Source: Antedon mediterranea
Lineage: Eukaryota > Animalia > Echinodermata
DNA: 64,000 nucleotides
NCBI RefSeq assembly: GCF_964355755.1
Contig: NC_092679.1
Coordinates: 4,122,201-4,186,200 of the forward strand
Direction: 5' to 3'
This document shows positions 38,101 to 47,824 of this stretch, in pieces (within the stretch, counting starts at the first letter, position 1; the number at the start of each line of letters is the position of its first letter). Under the pieces are notes generated by a model, which was given only the letters and a program-made list of their open reading frames with translations, had not been told where the DNA came from and did no database searches. The position numbers and the translations under genes were made by a program.

Positions 38101-38998
38101 TTGTAATTACATTTATTAATAATCTAATCTAATATTTCTAAGAGATCGTTTAATTCGAATTCAGAAAAGTTAGAATTAAATTCGTCGCATAAAGTTTTGT
38201 TCGTCGCCATAGGATCTAGCGCTAAACATATGAAATACTAATCATGACACTAAGACCGCGAAATTTATCCAACAATAGTAAAGGTTGTAATATAATATAA
38301 TAATAATATAACAATTTATATAGCGCACATATCCACTAAAAGTGCTCAAGGTTATTGCGCGCATGTGCAGTAAACAATATATTAGGCACGCGACCGTTTC
38401 GTTGTTGCGACGGTACTGTGTTTTTTTTTTAAACATTTTTCCGCGCTCTGTCGGTTAGAGTTATAGAAGCTTTGATCTCAAACGGATGCATATCCTTCTA
38501 TTCCTTAATTTATTGACACACTCACAGCCGTAACAAAAGATATATGATACAACAACATGTTATATTGTGGTTTACAGTATTGGGCTAATTGTTATGAATA
38601 CGAACACTAAGTCCACCACTGCTCCTTGAGCACTGAGAATAAGACGCTATATAAATATCAATCATCATCACCACCACCATCATCATCACTTTCAATACAA
38701 TGTGTATCGATTAAGCAAAACAGGTTGTACTTTTAAACAATTATATTATAGTGAATGATGACATGAGCGCGTTTCTCTGTATACAACAAAATACTTCCTA
38801 ACTTTATTTTCGCACAATCTCCTTAAACTAAAACTAATTGGTAGTTTGTCCCACTCAATTAACGTTTTTGATAACTACTTTTGCTTGCCAAACACTTAAT
38901 ATCGAATTTAAAGAAAAAAAGTTAACTTACCGCCCTGGGCTCGGCACAGAAATGATAATATTTACTAATGAAAAACATATCAACAACGAAAACATCAT
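23119..38998 (-). CDS. Receptor copy 2, complete: 21 exons, 2526 aa, SP-EMI-NIM/cbEGF x8-Sushi x2-EGF-unknown-coiled-coil/Cys hairpin-furin-Ig x2-SEA-like-GCC2/GCC3 x2-TM-cytoplasmic tail
   Basis: Exons 38998-38931, 37896-37771, 37233-37127, 36948-36853, 36297-36175, 35971-35879, 35628-35512, 35095-35000, 32495-32382, 32188-32078, 31890-31768, 31542-31369, 31141-30965, 30836-29506, 29292-29142, 29031-25075, 24787-24635, 24507-24352, 24010-23970, 23658-23550 ([26 protein letters not shown]), 23276-23119. All GT-AG; total 7581 nt, divisible by 3, ends in TAA. Confidence 0.88.
24352..24787 (-). CDS. Two GCC2/GCC3 (ephrin-receptor-like) Cys-rich repeat exons
   Basis: NCPPGSYRG...[21 protein letters not shown] and NCPPGSYRG...[21 protein letters not shown]. 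Confidence 0.9.
25075..29031 (-). CDS. Copy 2 giant exon 16 (3957 nt)
   Basis: 1330-aa ORF with two I-set Ig domains ([15 protein letters not shown]...GTYTCQASN; [15 protein letters not shown]...[10 protein letters not shown]), heptad helices and RRKR/RKKR sites. Confidence 0.93.
29506..30836 (-). CDS. Copy 2 exon 14: EGF domain plus unknown ~400-aa domain
   Basis: 404-aa ORF extended 5' to the acceptor at 30837; same length (1331 nt) as in copy 1. Confidence 0.9.
32922..33037 (+). pseudogene. 5S rRNA-derived sequence (SINE head, not a canonical 5S gene)
   Basis: tacggccatac...gaagttaagc...ggatgggagaccg...gggtgctgta; diverged, with no oligo-T terminator after it. Confidence 0.8.
32922..33260 (+). 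mobile_element. Composite SINE with 5S rRNA-derived head, tRNA-like segment, core and A-rich tail, nested in the LINE
   Basis: 32922-33037 aligns by eye to 5S rRNA. It is followed by tggtgtaatggt...ggttcgagg A/B boxes, catccttaggcaagatgcttt and an (aaatacaaaa)n tail. Empty site in the copy 3 LINE near 51340. Confidence 0.8.
36386..36655. repeat. 25-bp minisatellite (tacagtattaaaataaaaagtgtag), about 10-11 identical units
   Basis: Directly visible; ~1.5 units at the paralogous site ~9832-9870. Confidence 0.95.
38011..38506. mobile_element. MITE with ~22-bp TIRs
   Basis: aaggaatagaaggatatgcatc ... gatgcatatccttctattcctt. Confidence 0.65.
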
Positions 38999-39124
38999 TA
39001 CATCGTGTATGCAATCAATACATTTAATTGTCTGGTGTAGGCCTAACTGCCTTTTAAAAATCGAAATTTGCTTATTTATAAGCGGCAATGTACCCCGATG
39101 TGACGTTTAATATGTTGTTCTCAG

Positions 39125-39199
39125 CTTATATACAAACATAAAACAAACAAATCACGTGATGTTTACAATAATATATTGTATTTTAACACTACTTCCTGT
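39125..39199 (-). promoter_or_regulatory. Putative core promoter of copy 2 (TATA, TCACGTGA, ETS)
   Basis: Same motifs and order as at 18136-18213. Confidence 0.6.
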
Positions 39200-39519
39200 T
39201 ACGCTTGGTTATAGGCCTATGTTTGATTTATACATTAATAAACCTATTTTTTATTTTTAGACTAAGTGTAATCTTCTTTTATTAACTTTAATCATGTGTA
39301 AACACCTGATTGTATATTGCATGCTCACCACCACAAAACGTGAAGTGAATTTGCTAGAATGGATCAAGGTTTGAATTCCATCAACATCTTCAATATATTA
39401 TATTTTAGAGAGTGCTTCAGTTATATAGGAATCATGCTGTTCTTTTTATATAAGGTTTATTTGATGTTATCAATATATATATTAAAAAAAAAGGCTGTGT
39501 TTATATATATATATATAAC

Positions 39520-39672
39520 TCCGAGTTCGAGTCTCGGTTGGGCGACTTTTTCTCATTCTCACAGATTTCCTCTATAGATATACTGAAATTTAATTAATTA
39601 ATTTGAAACGATAAAGATGAGGAAATCTGTGAGAATGAGAAAAAGTCGCCCCATCCGAGACTCGAACTCGGA
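39520..39672. repeat. 53-bp inverted repeat with tRNA T-arm-like sequence
   Basis: tccgagttcgagtctcgg..gggcgactttttctcattctcacagatttcctc, with its reverse complement at 39619-39672; absent at the corresponding site in copy 3. Confidence 0.8.
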
Positions 39673-42313
39673 CCGCACCAGTTGTACGCACGCGCACCAG
39701 AGATCAAATTGATACGCCCTCATCTTACAGTATTTTTATTCAATTAATGTTTTTTGCCTGATTTGTTTATATATATATTCATATGTATATTTAGGAAATG
39801 TATTATTTAAAACTCGTACTTTCTTTTTAATACCTTTTTCATTTGTTTTATTGTTACTGATTGAAAGAAAGAAAATAAATGTTTACGTTGAATTGAATCA
39901 ATCTCATGCATTATTCATGATTTCTTTCTTTCAAAACTACGAAATCATTGAAAAAGCATGACTCCTGTTTTCTTTCGTATGATAAAAATACGTGAACTTT
40001 ATGGAGTTTGTCTTCATTTAACTCAGTCCAGCTCATGGAATTAATCTACCTGAAACTGAATAGGCCTAATCAATGTTTATTACCCCGATAGTCACTTATA
40101 GGGTACTTGCAGAAACCAATGTTTATCCTAATATTTGTTAGTCGGAAACTTGCACTAATCAATGTTTACCCTAATAGTCATTTATGGGGTAGAGCTACAA
40201 TGTACATGATACTACTCGAAAAATTCCCCCACAGATATTGTAACATTTGATGAGTTGCTCATTCAAATGTAAAAAAAGGTAATTATTGTAAAATTCCAAT
40301 TGTACTTCTTTTCCTAAAAAAATATATATATATTTTAATTTGATGATGGACATTTTGTAGAGGTGCTAAGTGCAAATAATTTAGGTAATTTCCCCATCTA
40401 GTTTTATCGTTCAAATTATTGTTTATTCTTTTCAAAATACTGGACTGATTATTTCAAATTTGTATAGTCGTAAACATAACATCCCGCGGTTTTTGTTTGG
40501 TAACGGAATGTTAAAACGTACCTTGTTGAAATCACCAACTGACACCTTTTATTCTTATTTTATGAAGCTTCTGTCAATAATCCAGATTGGCTGTTTGCCA
40601 GACTATTTCAACATTGTATTACAATTAATGTTGTTGTTTAGATAATAGACTGGAATTGAATGATTTGTATGAAATTCCCCCAACTGTTATAATGACAGGT
40701 CCTATAAGCATATTATTTATACACCACTATAACAATCAAGCAAGCTTGCTACAGTAACAGCCCTGTTTACAATGTAACTGCACGATATACCGTAATAGAC
40801 ATAAAGTAGGCCTACATTATATACTTTATGTAGGCCTTGGTGCTCTCAGAATGTAATCGTAATGCCTATAGTCTACACTAACAAACTTTTGTTTGAAAAC
40901 TCCGATCTTGTCACTGCTTGACATTGTATTGTATTTTTGTGTATGTGCACGGACGGCCAGAGAAGAACAACCATGTGTTGATCTGGGCCTCCGTGGTTAA
41001 ATAAAGTTGAATTGAATTTAGTGAGAAGGTTTTGTATACTCCGGAGACTGTGCATCTAAACAACACGAGATCACCACAATACCAAGCCATGATTGCGATC
41101 CTCAATTGGACAGCCGCCAAAGGAAGACCACCTTTTCCTAAAAGTAACAAACTCGGAATAGTCAGGAAAGAGTATAATTTCACTCTTCCTTGGAATAATC
41201 ATTGGCACAAAAGATTCAAATTTAAAACCAGCACAATTCCGGCGGTCACATTTATTATTTAATTAATTTCAAACATTATTTATACAGGATAAATAATGTT
41301 GTTGTTTTGATTGTTGTGGGCAGTATTCCTTCATGTTCCTCACTAAAATATTTCTAAAAAAACAAAAATCTAAATTTAAATGTAGGTTTAAAAATTAATG
41401 AAACTATACGTAGACCATAATTTAATTATTTCGATTTAGCCCAGGATTGCCCAGCTGTTTAACCTAAATGGAATAATACAATAACACAATGCTGTAATTT
41501 TTAGACCATACCTTTGTACACGACACGCATAAGAAACTACAGATCATTCCAAAAATGAACCCTGCAAAACTGCCGGCTGCTTCCAACGCAAAGACATCTT
41601 AAAGAGAAAATTTATAATTATTATCGATCGAAAAACGTATTGAAGTATTAGGACAGAGTACTCAAATGGTCTATTACACTATCACATTTTAAAGTCGTGC
41701 AAAAGATGAGATGGGATTGATTTTTCCATATTTTTCATGACATTGTGAATGTAGGGCAATTGATTCCCGAGAAAGATTGGCCGGAGAGATGATCCTTTTA
41801 GATTAAAATGAGTAGATTAAAAAAATGATTATACTGCAGTACGTATAACTACATTTTGTTTGATCTTAAACCATGTTTAGTGTTGTTAAAAAATCATATG
41901 GTATTGCAGTAAAAACAAGGAGTTACTGCAGCAGCTGCAGTAGAATAATTTGGACATGTTTCATTATAAAATGAATAGATGAATGAAAGCACTCGGAAAC
42001 TGAGTGAAGTACTTTACAAAATATTGCCACAGAGGGCGCATGTTAAAAGAATACACATTTTCCTTTTTTTTTGTTATTTGTGAAGTTAATAATGAACAGA
42101 TTTTCTTAAATTTCAATAAGCATGTTCTGTGAGTATATAACTATCTACACCGACAAATTCAGAATGATAACTTGAAAATTGTAGGTGCTATCGTGCTAAC
42201 AAAATACATACAAAGCAAGTAAAAATTGTATTTTTCCAAGCAATAATTGCACTCAAGACAAGGGCGCTATACGTTAGGGCATTTATATTATTGTTTCTGT
42301 CTCATGATAGTTA

Positions 42314-42508
42314 CCTGAATGATCATTAACTTCAATTGTTGTCTTCGCCGATGTGATGTTTTCTAAGCGGTTTTCGCACATACAATGGTACCTTCCTCCC
42401 GGATATTACGAAAACTAACCCATTTGTTCGTTCCATTTGAAAGCAATTGTTCATTTCGGTACCACGTGACAGAGGGCCGGGCGCATAACCATTGCATATG
42501 CAGATTAA
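42314..42508 (-). pseudogene. Unit 2 frameshifted, 5'-truncated copy of Ig-gene exon 4
   Basis: Matches 59910-60110 with a 10-nt deletion and a 2-nt insertion; upstream exons are absent. Confidence 0.85.
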
Positions 42509-42622
42509 ACTTTTATTTGAAATTTAATTATTATAGTGTGAAAAACTGTAAACCTTTATATAGATGTGTCATTCAGACAAAGTTTTCCTCAATTGGAAAT
42601 ATACGCAATTTTAGTTTGATAT

Positions 42623-44550
42623 TTCAGGAGGGATGCAGTCATCTACAAAGCTTTTTCGATTCTTTATGGACTTTTTGGCTTTCTGGTACTCCTATTTATC
42701 AAACTCATCACACCTTATTGGGAGCTCTTCAAAGATTGGTGGTATTTCTTCATATTCTTTTGTCACCATTGGTGGATTTCCTAACAATTTATTAAAGTGC
42801 CATTTTTTCTTCGCTGGTCTTTCCTTTTAGTTGTCCTCCTTTTGACCTTTTTCTCCCACAGACTTTATTTATTAGTTTCCACGTTATTTCATATTGTTGG
42901 TTTAGGGTTGCATTTTCAACTTCTCTGTGTATTGGTTTCCTATTAATCTTTGTGTAGTTGCTATTTGCGTTCCTCAAATTCAAGGGCTGATTCCTTGTTG
43001 TCTCTGAGGATGTGACTTTTATAAGCAGCTTTTAGTGTTTTTGCATTCTCAATTTTGTCTCTGAAAGTGCCTTTTGTCTTTTCTTCTGTATTTTTGGGAG
43101 CAATTTTTCAGCAGTTGCTTTGCTAGCTGTTATCAGGTTTCCATATTTGGCAGTGGAGCTATTGTCCTCACACATATCATTGAGAATGGTGTATTTATTC
43201 TTTACTTCTATGGTGTACTTTTCCTGCATTTTGGGGTCTTGTTGTATCATCATCAATCATACTTGACTTTCTTTGGTGGGGTCTTACCACTGGCACGTAA
43301 GCTTAGTCTAACTCTGATGTTCACAATCCTGTGATCAGATCCAGTAGACGCAAACGAGTTATAAGCTTGTGAGTCCATCACGCTATTCAGCCACTTTCTC
43401 CTGGTCAAGATGTAGTCAAGTTGCACCTTATACCCACTCGGCAGTATGCAGGTCCAACTCTTACACTCATCCTTCTGAAATCTGGTATTGGTTACAAAGA
43501 GACTGTTTCCACAGCAAAGTCATAAAGTAGTTTACCATTTCTATTTGTCATTTCGTGGTATGTGTAAGCAGCAATATCTTTCCCGATCTCGCATTAAAGT
43601 CTCTTATTGTGAGGAGGACAGACTTTGTTGCAGTATTAAGTTCATTGTAAAATTGTTCTACTTATTCATCGTCAGATGTATTTGTAGGAGAGTATGCAGT
43701 GATGACAATACTTCCCACTAAATGTTGCTTTGATTATTCTTGTACTTTCACAGGTTATGGAGGTCAGACTCCGTTTCTTGCAGCTGATGCTGTGATGAGT
43801 TGAAATCCTTCAATGAGATTTTCATACCTTAGCTGTTCATCCGTATGCACTATCCTATGTTCATGGATGGCAAGCACATCAATGTTATACTTCTGTGCAA
43901 GAGTACACGGCTCTAGTTGCTTGTTTAGGCTTCTAATAGTTTTGGTATTTAATGTTGCAAAGTTCATGCACAGTCTTCTTACATTTTAGAAGACTTGGTT
44001 TCCTGATGCGTCCTCCTCTATCAGTTACTACCCGTCCATCTGGCTTTAAGGCACTAACGTCATAATTTTCACAATGAAGTGAGGGGGTATCAGCACCAGG
44101 TAGATTATCATGGACTTTAACCCTGGTGTAATTATTTGTAGCCATCATAATTGTTTTCAGTTGCTATATCTACTGGGGTCGCAAGTTCTACCAGTAGCTA
44201 TCCACTGACCGTTGTGATGTGTGTCAATCCTCCTTCGCCCATTATCTAGCCGTTGGGATATGTTATCAATCCTCATCCGCTCTTTAGCCAAGGTGACAGA
44301 AAAACAAGGGTAGTGGACTACCCTTAAGCAAATTGCTAGCCAGCACTAACAATGTTTTCCCCCAGAGCCCCGTCAGTTAATCCAGCTGCGTGGCACACGG
44401 CTGAGCTATGCTACTACTGCACTACATCTCAACCTTCTAGGACGTAGGGTTGGGTACTGTACGATAGGCGATTAGGGACAGATAGGCTGATGGAATTGCC
44501 AACTGTAGCTACTACATAAGTTGAAGTTGTGCTTCATACAGCAATTTACC
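42623..44550 (-). mobile_element. RTE-like LINE, inverted 5' half (5' UTR, AP endonuclease and linker)
   Basis: MNFATLNTKTIRS...DVLAIHEHR, QLDYILTR and GSDHRIV endonuclease motifs on the minus strand; frameshifted. Confidence 0.8.
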
Positions 44551-45908
44551 ACAGATGATTGCATCCCTCTTAAACTTCTTACCAAATGTGACATTGATGA
44601 CATCATCCTTGAGTTTTGCAATAGGGCACTAATAGAGAGCCAGAAACCTGACCAGTAGTCTGTGCTAAATCTAATCCCTGTACCAAAATCAGGAGACCTA
44701 AGTCAGGCTGGCAACTATAGAGGCAAATTCTGTTGTTGCAAAGACATACAACAGGATGATCTTGAACAGGCTTAGACCACACATTGACAATCTATTAAGA
44801 ACAAATCAAAATGGATTCAGGAAGGGCAGATCAACTGTATCACATATTCTAGCCCTTCGACGGATCATTGAAGAAATTACTTCTAATAATCTCAGTGCTG
44901 TTATTACCTTCATAGACTTCAAGAAGGCATTCGATACCATACACTGAGGAAAGATGCTGAAAATACTCGCAGCCTATGGAATCCCAAAAATCATCATTGA
45001 TGCCATTGAAGATACCTACTGCAACACACAAGCCAAAGTCATTACCCCTGATGGCGAGACCAAGCTTTTCGAAGTCATTGCTGGTGTACTACAGGGAGAT
45101 ACTCTTGCTCCGTATTTATTTAAATAAGCTTGGACTACTGCATTAGGACAGCCACCTGTGGTAGGGAGGAAGAACTGGGTTTTACTACCTCGACAAACCC
45201 GTAGAATTGGGCCAAAGGTAGTACCAGACCTTGACTTCGCGGATGATATTGGACTTACCTCAAACACCATTAGACCAAGCACAGAAACTCCTGATCGAAG
45301 TCGAGGAAGCTACACATGAATGCTAGCAAAACAAAGTGCATTCTCTTCAACCAAGACCAGGATGCTGAATTATTCACCATTGACGACAGTAAACTTGAAT
45401 CTGTGACCGACTTTAAATATCTCGGGTCATGGATTGGTAGTACCGAGCATGATATCAGTGTACGCAAGGCACTTGCCTGGAAATCGTCCAATGCCCTTTC
45501 CAAAATATGGAAGTCAAATCTCCTAAGGAAGATCAAACAACGCTTGTTCAAAGCTACAGTTGAAAGTGTACTCCTTATGGAGCAGAAAGCTGGACAATTA
45601 CCAAACAAATCAGAAAATCACTTGATGGTTGCTACACCAGGATGTTGAGATCTGCTTTCAATATCAGCTGGAAAGACAGGTTGACCAAGAGTTGGTGATC
45701 TCCCTCCCATCTCAAAGAAAATCAAAGAGAGACGATTGAGATTTGCTGGGCACTGTTTCCGGAGCAGAGATGAAATCATCTCAAACCTCATTCTATGGAG
45801 ACCACAACATGGACATCGGAATCCAGGGCTTCCTACAGCCTCCTACCACCCGGAGAGCCATCATAGGAGTCCGACCGAGGTCGCCGTAAGTAAGTAAGTA
45901 AGTAAGTA
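44551..45908 (+). mobile_element. RTE-like LINE, 3' half (reverse transcriptase) with (taag)n tail
   Basis: NQNGFRKGRST, FIDFKKAFDTIH, GVLQGDTLAPYLF, DLDFADDI and FKYLGSWI motifs; stops and frameshifts present. Confidence 0.88.
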
Positions 45909-46666
45909 TACTATCTGTACTCACATAATAGTACGCTAATTTCCCACACATACACATTGTGCTGGTTATTGTAAAGCTAATAGTAAATTGCCTATTTATA
46001 ATGTTCAAAACGCAGCGTTTGTTGAAGCAATAAACCGTGAAGACAATCCTTCCTCCGTCGTCTGAAAACAACTTCCTTATGTAGCATTTATGTCTATTAA
46101 ACGCTTTAGGGTAAACTTTTCGAACTTTGCTTGCCATAGTAAACACTCGCATGTCTTCTTGTGTGTTATTTTCTCCTTTCCTTAACCTATTCTAATCAAA
46201 CCGTCTGCCCTCTTAAACCGCAAAATAAAAATATGTCATATTTTTAAGGTTATTAACGAACAATATTATTTTTCTCTAATGGTCACATATTTCAACATTT
46301 GTCATTGCATGTTAAACTATAGATTCATATTATAGTTTTTTTTATAACGACCTTACAAGTTCAATATATTAAATCTCGATACGTAGGACATGTTAACAGA
46401 AATTAACAATTTTTATATTCATAGTCTCGTGATGTAATCTCGACCAATCATTTTATCGTATTTAATACAACACTTTGCGAATTTCTTGCGTTTCTATCAT
46501 CTAAGAACTCGCGCGCGCAATTTAAAAAACTGCCATAAGTCTAAAGTAGTCTAAATGTATCATTTGCGCTGTAGGCAATTCAGTTTCAAATGAATCATGA
46601 ATGTATACAGAATGTTGAGAACATGTCAATGATCGTCATCCACCTACCTTGATTTTTGTCTAAAAC

Positions 46667-46988
46667 CAAAGAACTTATAACACAAGAATCTCCTGTTCTT
46701 CAATTTGCATTCAAAACACAGTATCGGAAGTACAGGGTTAAAAGGTCAAACTGGGCGACGCCATTTCACAGCATGGAGCAGCGCCCCCTCCACACTAGGA
46801 AGTCAATTACTCTACCCCCTAGAGTATTAGCAGATCCCCTTTATGATTTTGACTTTCTAATTTGATGCGGGCGCCCTACTCCATGGCTCACAATGGCGCC
46901 AACCATAGCTCTATTCTATCCCACAATGCCTTTCGAAATTGTTACGCGCTTCGGACGAACAGGAGATTCTTGTGTTATAAGTTCTTTG
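46667..46988. mobile_element. 322-bp MITE with 32-bp TIRs (CAAAG...CTTTG) and 7-bp TSD ctaaaac; P-element-like by termini and TSD length
   Basis: caaagaacttataacacaagaatctcctgttc is perfectly inverted at 46957-46988; TSD at 46660-46666 and 46989-46995. Confidence 0.85.
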
Positions 46989-47593
46989 CTAAAACCCTAA
47001 CTTTTCCAAAACTTTAGTAAGTAAAACAGTCATTGAATGTGGTTGTTTGAAAGTCCCGTGTTTCTTCGAAATCGATGTAAGGTTTTAGTTAACCGATTTA
47101 TTGAATGTATGGTGTTATTATTTTGAGTAGTTAGCGAAGTTACCTTATTTCTATACCGATCTAAAGTAATTGTGGAAATTATATAGTGCAGGAAAAATGG
47201 ATGCCATGCGTCCAACGAATATTAGTAGGTAGTGTGATGTGAGGTAGTAAAACCATGTATAGGATCATGAACAAAACAGTATAGGCTCAATTCCTAAGAT
47301 TAAATACAAATTTTATTTCTCGTTCTGACTATTTAAAATGAAATCTTAGGAAACACACTGGGTATATTGATTACTGTAGTCTCTCATTTAGGAGGTGGTT
47401 TATATAATATATTTTTTACATCAAATATAAATAAATAAATAGGTCTATACAATACCGGCACTATTTTCCAGGTAGGCATATCATTGTTTATGCCTATATA
47501 CGTGGAAGTACAATACAGGGGGTACCTTGAATTTGATAAAAGGCAATTACTTATTCCTTACAGACTGAGATTTAATTTGCAATACTGTGACAT

Positions 47594-47824
47594 TTTTAGT
47601 CGCGTTTGCGTGCAACGCGACACTACAGCTCACTATGTCCGTCGGTTGGTAAATGAGCACGCGACTGCAGCCATGTATATGGCCTTGTTACTATCAATAC
47701 TGTTTTGATTAATGATACCAAAGATGTTGTGCCTACATGGCTGCAGTCGCGTGCTCAAGTTAGTGTTTACCGACCAACCGACCGACATAGTGAGTTGTAG
47801 AGCCGCGTTGCACGCGACTAAAAA
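47594..47824. mobile_element. Foldback MITE with ~85-bp imperfect inverted arms
   Basis: ttttagtcgcg..gcaacgcg..ctcactatgtc..gagcacgcgactgcagccatgta mirrored at 47735-47824. Confidence 0.75.

Noticed and set aside
23119-38998. Assigning a gene symbol such as MEGF10, SVEP1, FBN or VWDE
   Set aside because: It shares individual domains only; the overall architecture matches none of them.
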